Notes: a model not told the origin generated them from the sequence alone. DNA of 58,776 nt from Patescibacteria group bacterium (GCA_038062165.1 JBBTXQ010000018.1:1-58776); one strand, 5' to 3'. Shown: positions 8,318-15,327, counted from the stretch's first letter. Translations and numbers: made by a program.

Positions 8318-8548
8318 GTGTATAATATGAAAGTGAAAACACTTAACTGGACAAACGTAATAAAGAAATACAAGGGACTATGGGTTGGATTCAAGAACGA
8401 CAACAGGACCGTTATCGCTTCTGGTAGAACTCCAGCTGAAGTTATTAAGAAGGCAAAAAGTAGCGGATATGAAAATCCAATACTTTTCAGAGTGCCCAGC
8501 AGGCTAGTTGCCTTCGTTGGGATAATAGATGAAATTTCCATACGCTAA
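8318..8548 (+). CDS. DUF5678-like small protein (the ATG at 8327 is a possible start)
   Basis: KYKGLWVGFKNDNRTVIASGRTPAEVIKKAKSSGYENPILFRVP fits the KGKWVAI...a-helix...RVP pattern of DUF5678 proteins, as recalled from memory. Confidence 0.65.
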   Translation: MYNMKVKTLNWTNVIKKYKGLWVGFKNDNRTVIASGRTPAEVIKKAKSSGYENPILFRVPSRLVAFVGIIDEISIR

Positions 8549-8936
8549 ATTTGGTAGAGTTGGGAGTGAAATTATTAAACGCCCCGTTGTTCCAATTGAA
8601 GTTAAATTTGAAGATGAAACCGTCCTTTACGATGCCTTGATAGACTCCGGAGCGGATATTTGTATATTCGATGCTGCAATTGGCGAACAACTTGGTATCA
8701 ACATAATTTCTGGAATCCCAATTGTTTTTGGTGGAGCTGAATATTCCAAGGGTTCTGCGGCATATTTGCATCAAGTCAAAATAAAGATTAAAAATAAAGA
8801 AATAAAAACGCAAGTTGCCTTTACATACAACATCGCTAACCATGGTCATGGCCTTTTGGGGCAAAAAGGGTTTTTCGATAAATTTGCAATCAAATTTGAT
8901 TATTCCAATGATGTTGTAGATATTAGTTCCAGATAA
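8529..8936 (+). CDS. Retropepsin-like (clan AA) aspartic protease
   Basis: Catalytic LIDSGAD motif plus downstream GLLGQKGFF. 135 aa. It overlaps the preceding small gene by 20 nt. Confidence 0.75.
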   Translation: MKFPYAKFGRVGSEIIKRPVVPIEVKFEDETVLYDALIDSGADICIFDAAIGEQLGINIISGIPIVFGGAEYSKGSAAYLHQVKIKIKNKEIKTQVAFTYNIANHGHGLLGQKGFFDKFAIKFDYSNDVVDISSR

Positions 8937-8939
8937 AAT

Positions 8940-8990
8940 ACCAAAGGCAGCCCGGTCAAACTCCTACTTACCATCATTGAGAACTTTTAG
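8940..8990 (+). pseudogene. Displaced duplicate of the pepA 3' end
   Basis: It translates to TKGSPVKLLLTIIENF* against the pepA C-terminus AKGSPVKLLLALIESY* (8244-8294). Several of the nucleotide differences are synonymous. Confidence 0.6.
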
Positions 8991-9033
8991 GCCTTTTTTT
9001 GAAAAGAAATTAGCCCGCGATGTTTGGTCGGGG

Positions 9034-9288
9034 CTAAAGGTTCCCGGTCTCGTCTTTGATTTTCTCCATTATTCGCACTGGAATCGCATTTTCCTTAAGA
9101 CAGTCACACTTATCAAGTTGTGTGCCAGCAAGTTTGCTGGCATGTGGTAATTGCCATTCCATATTAAGCGTTTGGCGGTCTCTAATTCGCAACAAAGGCA
9201 AGTGCCTTACGCCGTTGCAAACGATGTAGTGATAGCACTCACCGGCCTGATAAGCTAGGAATACCCGTATTTCCGAATTTCCTTCCAT
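9034..9288 (-). CDS. Hypothetical protein (orphan, 84 aa)
   Basis: aaGAGGAGGAGGT lies immediately upstream of the ATG. A hairpin and T-run follow the stop. I recognise no family. Confidence 0.5.
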   Translation of the reverse strand: MEGNSEIRVFLAYQAGECYHYIVCNGVRHLPLLRIRDRQTLNMEWQLPHASKLAGTQLDKCDCLKENAIPVRIMEKIKDETGNL

Positions 9289-9319
9289 ACCTCCTCCTCT
9301 TGTTCAAGTATACACTCTC

Positions 9320-9348
9320 TTGCGTGGTAATTGCTTGCGTGATAGGAT
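9320..9348 (+). promoter_or_regulatory. Candidate promoter restarting rpsS transcription
   Basis: TTGCGT, 17-nt spacer, TAGGAT, with TG 1 nt upstream of the -10 box. The same gtgaTAGGATa box occurs at 13747-13752 upstream of rpsZ. Confidence 0.4.
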
Positions 9349-9395
9349 AGCCTTCGTCCCGCGTAGCCTTGTGCGAAGTGGGACTCACGTCTATT

Positions 9396-9740
9396 ATGTC
9401 ACGATCGTTATACAAAGGCCCTTACGTTGACCCACGTGTTACTAAAAAAATAGTGGGGAAAGATCCGATGAAAACCGGCCTTATTAAGACTTGGGCTAGA
9501 GATAGCGTAATTAGTCCTGACATGGTTGGTTTTGCCTTCGGTGTGCATAACGGTAAAGACTTTATTGAGGTGAAAGTAGTTGAGGAGATGGTTGGACATA
9601 GACTGGGCGAATTTTCCCAGACTCGCAAATTTACTAAACATGGTGGCAAGATGCAGAAGGAGCAAGAGTTAAAGGCTAAAGAAGCCGAGATTGCCTCGGC
9701 CAAATCTGCCAAAGAAGCAGGCGAAGCCGCAAAAAAGTAA
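9396..9740 (+). CDS. rpsS: 30S ribosomal protein S19 with a Lys/Ala/Glu-rich C-terminal tail
   Basis: SRSLYKGPYVD...GHRLGEFSQTRKFTKHGG, followed by a low-complexity tail of about 30 aa. Confidence 0.9.
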   Translation: MSRSLYKGPYVDPRVTKKIVGKDPMKTGLIKTWARDSVISPDMVGFAFGVHNGKDFIEVKVVEEMVGHRLGEFSQTRKFTKHGGKMQKEQELKAKEAEIASAKSAKEAGEAAKK

Positions 9741-9760
9741 GAAGTAATAAGTAATATGAA

Positions 9761-9841
9761 TCCCATTAGAAGTATGTCTCAATTAAGTCACTGCGATATG
9801 TCAGGCGTATATACAATTAACGTAAGTAACTTCTAACGGGA
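9761..9841 (+). repeat. Start-codon hairpin element, copy 2
   Basis: TCCCATTAGAAGT...ACTTCTAACGGGA. ATGAA flanks both sides (9756-9760 and 9841-9845). A uORF runs 9756-9836. Confidence 0.6.
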
Positions 9842-10173
9842 TGAAAGCGAGTTTAAACAATTATAGGCAAGCTCCACGAAAAGTCAGATTAGTAACAGAT
9901 CTTATTAAGGGCAAGAGCGTAGAGAAAGCCAAAACAGAACTTGCGCATCTCTCTAAACGCGCTTCTACGCCTATTCTTAAACTTTTAAATTCAGCGATTG
10001 CTAACTCAAATTTAAATTTAAATGAGAGTGATAAAAATAACTTGTTTATAAAAAGTATTAGCGTAGACAAAGGGATTGTCTTGAAAAGGAGTATGCCACG
10101 CGCTCATGGTCGCGCATTTCCAATACACAAGCACACGTCGCACATCAAGTTAGAATTAGCCAGAAAATCATGA
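9841..10173 (+). CDS. rplV: 50S ribosomal protein L22
   Basis: NYRQAPRKVRLVTDLIKGKSVEKA...MPRAHGRAFPIHKHTSHI. Confidence 0.9.
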   Translation: MKASLNNYRQAPRKVRLVTDLIKGKSVEKAKTELAHLSKRASTPILKLLNSAIANSNLNLNESDKNNLFIKSISVDKGIVLKRSMPRAHGRAFPIHKHTSHIKLELARKS

Positions 10174-10529
10174 GTCATACAGTACATCCATACGCACATA
10201 GATTAGGAATTTTGCGAGACTGGAAGAGTCGCTGGTTCGTGGCGCGCATCAAGAAGCCTCTTTACAGACAGAATTTGAAAGCCGATGTGATGTTGCGCGA
10301 GACACTTGAAAAAGAGTTGCGTGCTTTCCTTGTTGATTCTATCGAAATTGAAAGAGGAGAGAATTATTTGAGAGTGATAGTGAAAACTGCCAGACCGGGT
10401 TTGATAATTGGTCGCTCCGGTGAAGGTTCAAATAAGCTCAAAGAGACTATTGTAAAAAGATTAAGAAAGTTAGGCGCCAATATTCCAAGAGATGTGCGTT
10501 TGCAGATTGAAGAGGTGCGCTCTCCCTAG
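10170..10529 (+). CDS. rpsC: 30S ribosomal protein S3, N-terminal (KH) part, ending at an in-frame TAG
   Basis: VHPYAHRLGILRDWKSRWF...ARPGLIIGRSGEGSNKL...QIEEVRSP then TAG at 10527-10529. Confidence 0.85.
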   Translation: MSHTVHPYAHRLGILRDWKSRWFVARIKKPLYRQNLKADVMLRETLEKELRAFLVDSIEIERGENYLRVIVKTARPGLIIGRSGEGSNKLKETIVKRLRKLGANIPRDVRLQIEEVRSP

Positions 10530-10544
10530 AGTCATGCCCAAATT

Positions 10545-10865
10545 GTGGCGCACATGATTGAAGAGGCCATAGAAAAGCGCACACCATTTAGACGCACTCT
10601 CAAACAGAGTATTGAGAAGATTATGGCTAATAAAGACGTTAAGGGAGTGAAGATTACACTTTCGGGTAGACTGGACGGTTCAGAAATGGGTCGGGTTGAG
10701 TCGCTCATGAAGGGGCGTTTGCCATTGCAAACTCTGCGAGCCGATATTGACTTCGCAAAGGGCCGAGCTCGCATGCCTTACGGAGATATTGGCATAAAGG
10801 TTTGGATTTATAGGGGAGAGATATTTGCTGAAACGCAAAACGCAAAACGCAAAACGCAAAATTAA
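10545..10865 (+). CDS. rpsC: 30S ribosomal protein S3, C-terminal part (same frame as 10170-10529)
   Basis: IEEAIEKRTPFRRTLKQSI...GVKITLSGRLDGSEMGR...LPLQTLRADIDFAKGRA...GIKVWIY. GTG 10545 and ATG 10554 are the only possible restarts. Confidence 0.85.
   Translation: MAHMIEEAIEKRTPFRRTLKQSIEKIMANKDVKGVKITLSGRLDGSEMGRVESLMKGRLPLQTLRADIDFAKGRARMPYGDIGIKVWIYRGEIFAETQNAKRKTQN
10834..10861 (+). repeat. Heptanucleotide tandem repeat (CGCAAAA x4)
   Basis: Four perfect 7-nt units in the last codons of rpsC, 6 nt upstream of the rplP ATG. Confidence 0.8.
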
Positions 10866-10866
10866 T

Positions 10867-11292
10867 ATGGGAATGTTGGTACCAAAAAAAGTTAAATATA
10901 GGAAGTGGCACACGATGCGTCGTAACCCAAAACGCGTGGGCCTAGATAGTCGTGGCACGGAATTATCTTTCGGGTCATTTGGTTTGCAAGCACTTTCGGC
11001 CGGGCGAATTAAGTCTAATCAACTTGAAGCATCAAGGAAAGCGATGTCGCGGGTCATTAAGAAGACAGGCAAAATTTGGATTCGCGTTTTTCCAGATATG
11101 CCGTATACTGCTAAGCCCGCGGAAGTGAAGTTAGGTAAGGGCAAGGGTGATGTGCAAGGTTATGTTGTGCCAGTTCGTGCCGGGAGAGTTCTGTTTGAAG
11201 TTGAGGGTTTAACGGAGTTAGAGTCGCGAGATGTTCTGCGTAAGGCTGGCTCTAAACTGCCGGTCAAGACTAAAATAATTGTTAGAGCATAA
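10867..11292 (+). CDS. rplP: 50S ribosomal protein L16 (start at ATG 10867 or 10873)
   Basis: MLVPKKVKYRKWH...IWIRVFPDMPYTAKPAEVKLGKGKG. Confidence 0.9.
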   Translation: MGMLVPKKVKYRKWHTMRRNPKRVGLDSRGTELSFGSFGLQALSAGRIKSNQLEASRKAMSRVIKKTGKIWIRVFPDMPYTAKPAEVKLGKGKGDVQGYVVPVRAGRVLFEVEGLTELESRDVLRKAGSKLPVKTKIIVRA

Positions 11293-11304
11293 TGCGAGTA
11301 AAGT

Positions 11305-11541
11305 ATGGAAGACACAAAAACAAAACATAAAATGTCTGGGATAGTAGTGGGAGACAAAATGAACAAGACTCGAGTCGTTTCTGTTGAACGTTTCGCTAAG
11401 CATCCCAAATACGGCAAGTTCATTCACACCAGTAAAAAGTACAAAGCTCACGATGAAACTAACTCAACCCATGTTGGTGATAAAGTGACTATAGAAGAAT
11501 GCCGGCCTATCTCACGCGATAAGCATTTCAGAATTGTATAA
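11305..11541 (+). CDS. rpsQ: 30S ribosomal protein S17
   Basis: [29 protein letters not shown]...[21 protein letters not shown]. It follows rplP after 12 nt, leaving no room for rpmC. Confidence 0.9.
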   Translation: MEDTKTKHKMSGIVVGDKMNKTRVVSVERFAKHPKYGKFIHTSKKYKAHDETNSTHVGDKVTIEECRPISRDKHFRIV

Positions 11542-11621
11542 TCCCATTAGAAGTATAGTTATATAATGTCAATAAACATGTCAAATTTACACACAATTAA
11601 CGTAAGTAACTTCTAACGGGA
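11542..11621 (+). repeat. Start-codon hairpin element, copy 3
   Basis: It has the same arms as copy 2 and the shared internal block ACAATTAACGTAAGTAACTTCTAACGGG. It starts right after the rpsQ TAA and ends on the A of the rplN ATG. Confidence 0.6.
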
Positions 11622-11989
11622 TGATTCAACCACGAGCAATAGTAAAAATAGCTGACAACACCGGAGCCAAAATTGGGCGTATTTTCAAAGTGCTCGGCGG
11701 TTCTAAACGCAGATACGCTCGCGTAGGCGATTTGGTTGTGCTATCTGTCCAAACAGCCGAACCTCGTAAGATGGCCAAGAAGAAGGAAGTGCATAGGGCC
11801 GTGGTTGTGAGGCAAAGGGCCAACATGCGCCGTTCTGACGGATCTTATATCAGGTTTGATGAGAATGCAGTTGTGCTAGTTGACGTTAAGAATGAACCTA
11901 AAGGAGCACGTGTTTTCGGTCCTGTGCCTAGAGAGTTAACAGAAATGGGATTCCAGAAGATAGCCTCACTTGCGCCAGAGATTGTATAA
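11621..11989 (+). CDS. rplN: 50S ribosomal protein L14
   Basis: [17 protein letters not shown]...[10 protein letters not shown]. Confidence 0.95.
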   Translation: MIQPRAIVKIADNTGAKIGRIFKVLGGSKRRYARVGDLVVLSVQTAEPRKMAKKKEVHRAVVVRQRANMRRSDGSYIRFDENAVVLVDVKNEPKGARVFGPVPRELTEMGFQKIASLAPEIV

Positions 11990-11993
11990 ATAT

Positions 11994-12254
11994 ATGAATA
12001 TCAAGAAAGGGGATAATGTCATAATTTTGGCCGGGAAAGACAAAGGCAAGAAAGCCAAAGTTTTACGCGTTTTAAAAGCAGAGGGTAAATTGGTAATAGA
12101 GGGAGTGAATGAAGTAAAAAAACACAGACGACCCAAAAAAGCGGGAGAGAAAGGTCAAATAGTAACAATCTCCATGCCTATTGACGTTTCAAACGTGGCT
12201 CACTTTTGTGACAAGTGTAAAAAAGGCGTTAGGCGTGAACACAAACATGATTGA
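11994..12254 (+). CDS. rplX: 50S ribosomal protein L24
   Basis: [26 protein letters not shown] (KOW motif), in operon order. Confidence 0.9.
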   Translation: MNIKKGDNVIILAGKDKGKKAKVLRVLKAEGKLVIEGVNEVKKHRRPKKAGEKGQIVTISMPIDVSNVAHFCDKCKKGVRREHKHD

Positions 12255-12780
12255 TGTTAAGGCACAATTTGAAAAGTCTATCCCAGCCCTAATGAAAGAT
12301 TTGGGGGTGACTAATAAACTTGCCTTGCCAAGATTGGAAAAAGTGATTGTTTCCGTTGGTACGGGCTCTTTCAAAGACAAAAAGAAAATTGATGTGGTTA
12401 TGGATCGTCTGGCTAAGATCACTGGTCAGAAACCGGCTCGAACAGTGGCCAAGAAATCTATTGCCACGTTCAAGTTGCGCGCCGGCGATCCGGCTGGAGC
12501 CAAAGTAACACTGCGAGGCGCACGTATGAATGACTTTTTGAATCGCTTGATCAACGTAGCTATCCCACGTGAACGAGACTTCAGGGGCCTTAAAGAGAGC
12601 TCTGTAGACGAAATGGGCAATCTCTCAATAGGCTTCAAAGAACACACTATTTTCCCCGAGACCGCTGATGAAGACCTAAAAGATGTGTTCTCGTTCGGTA
12701 TAACCATAGCTACCACGGCAAAGAATAAGAAAGAAGCCTTGGCACTTTTCCACGCTCTCCACTTCCCATTTAAGAAGTAG
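12247..12780 (+). CDS. rplE: 50S ribosomal protein L5
   Basis: [14 protein letters not shown]...[19 protein letters not shown]...[14 protein letters not shown]. Confidence 0.95.
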   Translation: MIDVKAQFEKSIPALMKDLGVTNKLALPRLEKVIVSVGTGSFKDKKKIDVVMDRLAKITGQKPARTVAKKSIATFKLRAGDPAGAKVTLRGARMNDFLNRLINVAIPRERDFRGLKESSVDEMGNLSIGFKEHTIFPETADEDLKDVFSFGITIATTAKNKKEALALFHALHFPFKK

Positions 12781-12813
12781 TCTACTATAATTTTTACAGA
12801 GGAGGACCCGGCC

Positions 12814-13017
12814 ATGTCTCTCCGATTTGCTGTGGAAATTCCAGAACCAACGCCCCGCAATGTGGTTACGACCACCCAGATGAAATGTGGTCATGTCCAC
12901 GAATGTCTGGGTGATGCCCATCAGGCGATCTGTGGTGCGTATGTATGCCGTGCTCATGATTACGTTCATCGCTTCTGCACGGCTACGTACTGCGTTGCCA
13001 GGATCCCCCAGACATAG
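12814..13017 (+). CDS. Hypothetical Cys/His-rich small protein (orphan, 67 aa)
   Basis: GAGGAGGA lies 7 nt upstream of the ATG, and the gene has its own terminator at 13045-13075. A hand count gives 31/60 G+C in 12814-12873 against 25/60 in rplX 12001-12060. Confidence 0.5.
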   Translation: MSLRFAVEIPEPTPRNVVTTTQMKCGHVHECLGDAHQAICGAYVCRAHDYVHRFCTATYCVARIPQT

Positions 13018-13044
13018 CGCGCAACACACTCACTCCAGCATGCC

Positions 13045-13075
13045 CCCGTAGCGGTTCGCCGCTACGGGTTTTTTA
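13045..13075 (+). terminator. Rho-independent terminator
   Basis: cccgtagcgg-ttcg-ccgctacggg followed by tttttt. Confidence 0.75.
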
Positions 13076-13120
13076 TTCACGCAAATTATGGTATAACCGA
13101 AGAAGGAGGATCTCCATAAA

Positions 13121-13324
13121 ATGAGAACCAGAACTCGCGGCAAATGGAAGTGCGGTGGAGTCTGCAAACGGATGCTAGAATCAAGTGACGTTCGCAATCT
13201 AACGAAATGCGGCAAGACAGTCTGTAACGACTGTTTCCCACGCCACAAGATCTGTCAGAGAGGCAAGTGCATGGCCGGTTCGCAAGCGGCCAGCCACGGC
13301 CACGAAAACGCCACCGGCGACTAG
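13121..13324 (+). CDS. Hypothetical Cys-rich (zinc-ribbon-like) small protein (orphan, 67 aa)
   Basis: AAGGAGGA upstream. CGGVC...C..C and CNDC...C pairs. A hairpin aatgttcgagcc-ccg-gcctcgaacatt follows the stop. Confidence 0.5.
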   Translation: MRTRTRGKWKCGGVCKRMLESSDVRNLTKCGKTVCNDCFPRHKICQRGKCMAGSQAASHGHENATGD

Positions 13325-13391
13325 CCACCCAAAATGTTCGAGCCCCGGCCTCGAACATTTCCCCGTGCGGGTAGGAAGAAAGGAGAACTAG

Positions 13392-13628
13392 ATGACTCCA
13401 GAGGAAAGTCAGGCTTTACGAGATAGGGCCCTCCAGTTGTTCGCGGAAAAGAGAAATATGGATGCCGACGATCTTTCTAACAGGCTTGGTCAGACCAGTC
13501 ACGTTGCTCTGGTTGTAATCAAGCAATTGGAGAAAGATAATTTTGTTCGCGTCTCGCCCAAGCAACCCGGCGAGCATCATCCAGACGAGTTAAGTCAGTA
13601 CAGTGTAGTCTACGGAATCTCGCTTTAG
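13392..13628 (+). CDS. Hypothetical small protein, possibly winged-helix (orphan, 78 aa)
   Basis: AAAGGAG lies 6 nt upstream of the ATG. A hairpin ccccgtagtaa-gcttcgc-ttactacgggg follows the stop. Confidence 0.55.
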   Translation: MTPEESQALRDRALQLFAEKRNMDADDLSNRLGQTSHVALVVIKQLEKDNFVRVSPKQPGEHHPDELSQYSVVYGISL

Positions 13629-13683
13629 GTTTCACTTCTTTACCCCGTAGTAAGCTTCGCTTTACTACGGGGTTGCTCTTTTT

Positions 13684-13741
13684 GGGCTAAATCCGCCTCT
13701 GGCGGATCGCCCGAACATTACTTTTGCAATGTTTTAGGGGG
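13684..13741 (+). repeat. Two-hairpin GGGCTAAATC...AATGTTTTAGGGG element, copy a
   Basis: gggctaaATCCGCCtctGGCGGATcgcccgAACATTacttttgcAATGTTttagggg. It is homologous to 28101-28165, and both stems carry compensatory changes. Confidence 0.55.
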
Positions 13742-13752
13742 TGTGATAGGAT
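13724..13752 (+). promoter_or_regulatory. Candidate promoter restarting rpsZ/spc transcription
   Basis: TTGCAA, 17-nt spacer, TAGGAT, with the same gtgaTAGGATa box as at 9343-9348. Confidence 0.35.
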
Positions 13753-13843
13753 AAAGGGGTTCTAAGAATAGTCTCGCTAGACTGCCTGGCAGGTCCGGGT
13801 AAGTGGCGGGACCAAAATTATTCTTCAATTTCATTCAGAACAA

Positions 13844-14029
13844 GTGGCAAAAAAGAGCACAATTGCACGGTCGAAACGGACGCCTAAGTACAAAAGTCGC
13901 GTGGTGCGACGTTGTTTCAGATGCGGCCGCAAACGCGCTTATATGCGTGACTTTGACATGTGTAGGATATGTTTCCGCGAGGCGGCAAATGAAGGACGTA
14001 TCCCCGGCATTAGAAAAGCATCGTGGTAG
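13844..14029 (+). CDS. rpsZ: 30S ribosomal protein S14, type Z (zinc-binding); GTG start
   Basis: MAKKSTIARSKRTPKYKSRVVRRCFRCGRKRAYMRDFDMCRICFRE; 61 aa with CxxC...CxxC. Confidence 0.9.
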   Translation: MAKKSTIARSKRTPKYKSRVVRRCFRCGRKRAYMRDFDMCRICFREAANEGRIPGIRKASW

Positions 14030-14053
14030 TTCGACTGCGCTCACTATAAATAA
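14027..14053 (+). promoter_or_regulatory. Conserved 27-nt intergenic motif, copy 2
   Basis: TAGTTCGACTGCGCTCACTATAAATAA. It starts at the rpsZ stop codon, and the rpsH ATG follows 3 nt later. Confidence 0.5.
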
Positions 14054-14056
14054 ACT

Positions 14057-14446
14057 ATGGATCAAATTTCTGACATGTTAATTAGAATCAAGAATGCCGG
14101 TAGCGCCCGGCAGGATTCTACAATTGTGCCTTATTCTAAACTTAAGTTTGAGATTGCGAATGTTCTATTGAGTGAAAGTTATATCAAATCTTTTTCGGTT
14201 AAAGGTAAAAAAGTACGCAAGCACATAGAAGTAGAAATTGCTTATCGAGACGATGGCTCTGTTCGCATAACTGATGTTAATCGCATTTCTAAATTATCAA
14301 GACGCGTTTATCTTGGTGCTAAAGATATCAGACCCGTTAAACAGGGCACTGGCCTGCTCGTGCTCTCTACCCCCAAGGGTATCCTGTCAGGCAGAGATGC
14401 CCGCAAGCAGATGGTCGGAGGTGAAGCGTTATTTAGTATCTGGTAG
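14057..14446 (+). CDS. rpsH: 30S ribosomal protein S8
   Basis: DQISDMLIRIKNAGSAR...GTGLLVLSTPKGILSGRDARK. Confidence 0.95.
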   Translation: MDQISDMLIRIKNAGSARQDSTIVPYSKLKFEIANVLLSESYIKSFSVKGKKVRKHIEVEIAYRDDGSVRITDVNRISKLSRRVYLGAKDIRPVKQGTGLLVLSTPKGILSGRDARKQMVGGEALFSIW

Positions 14447-14470
14447 TTCGACTACGCTCACTATAAATAA
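14444..14470 (+). promoter_or_regulatory. Conserved 27-nt intergenic motif, copy 3
   Basis: TAGTTCGACTACGCTCACTATAAATAA. It starts at the rpsH stop codon, and the rplF ATG follows 2 nt later. Confidence 0.5.
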
Positions 14471-14472
14471 TT

Positions 14473-15012
14473 ATGTCACGTCTAGGCAAAAAAGAAATAA
14501 AGATCCCCTCTGGAGTAACTGTCACTCAAGACGGTAATTCTTTGCGTTTTAAAGGACCTAAGGGAGAATTAAAGCGTGACTTTTTAACCGAAATCGTGGT
14601 AACTGTTTCCGGTGATTCTATTACTCTTGCTTTGCGAGGCAATCCTACTGTATTCGGCCGATCGCTTTGGGGAACATACAGTTCGCACATTAGAAATATG
14701 ATTAAGGGTGTGACCGAAGGTTTCTCGGAGAAACTCTTGATCGAGGGCACGGGATATAAGTGGAGTGTGTCGGGAACTAATTTGGATCTATCTCTCGGTT
14801 TCTCGCACCCTGTCAAATTACCCATTCCAGCTGGTCTCACGGTTAAAGCAGAAAAAGGCGAGCTTGTAATAATAGGGATAGATAAAGAAATTGTGGGCAG
14901 TTTCGCGGCTCTAGTCAGGAGTTTAAAAAAACCAGAGCCCTATAAGGGCAAGGGCATTAGGTATCACGATGAGGTAATTGAACGCAAGCAAGGTAAGAGA
15001 TCTACGGCATAA
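14473..15012 (+). CDS. rplF: 50S ribosomal protein L6
   Basis: [16 protein letters not shown]...GTGYKW...[13 protein letters not shown]. Confidence 0.95.
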   Translation: MSRLGKKEIKIPSGVTVTQDGNSLRFKGPKGELKRDFLTEIVVTVSGDSITLALRGNPTVFGRSLWGTYSSHIRNMIKGVTEGFSEKLLIEGTGYKWSVSGTNLDLSLGFSHPVKLPIPAGLTVKAEKGELVIIGIDKEIVGSFAALVRSLKKPEPYKGKGIRYHDEVIERKQGKRSTA

Positions 15013-15014
15013 TC

Positions 15015-15320
15015 ATGAATAAAGCAAAAGAGAAACAACAAAAGAGAGTAACGAGGCACAGGAGAATTCGTGCTAAGCTAAGTGGCACGGCAGAGCGCCC
15101 TCGATTGTCAGTCTACAAATCCAACAGAGCTATCTACGCTCAAATCATTGATGACGATAAGGGCGTCACTTTAGTTGCAGGAACAGAGGTAAATGAATTG
15201 GTCAAGAAGGCGCTTACAAAAAAAATCACGAGAGTAGTTTTTGACCGGGGAGGTTTTAATTATACTGGTAAAATTAAACAGTTCGCCGATGAAGCCAGAA
15301 AAGCCGGACTAGAATTCTAA
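15015..15320 (+). CDS. rplR: 50S ribosomal protein L18 (short, 101 aa)
   Basis: [34 protein letters not shown]...[28 protein letters not shown]. Confidence 0.9.
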   Translation: MNKAKEKQQKRVTRHRRIRAKLSGTAERPRLSVYKSNRAIYAQIIDDDKGVTLVAGTEVNELVKKALTKKITRVVFDRGGFNYTGKIKQFADEARKAGLEF

Positions 15321-15327
15321 ATTATTT

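Noticed and set aside
9756-11621. The repeated hairpin and junction motifs as a CRISPR array
   Set aside because: Copies are separated by whole genes at irregular distances (kb scale). The units are hairpin elements with internal variable loops, not short direct repeats with spacers, and there are no cas genes.
12781-13843. Explaining the GC-richer orphan islands simply as metagenome assembly chimeras
   Set aside because: I saw this at about eight separate sites. Each insertion falls cleanly in an intergenic slot without truncating the flanking genes. At the fusA|tuf, rplB|rpsS and rplE|rpsZ sites, the flank carries a compensating promoter-like sequence for the downstream host gene. Chimerism cannot be excluded without reads, so it is listed as a refutation test.
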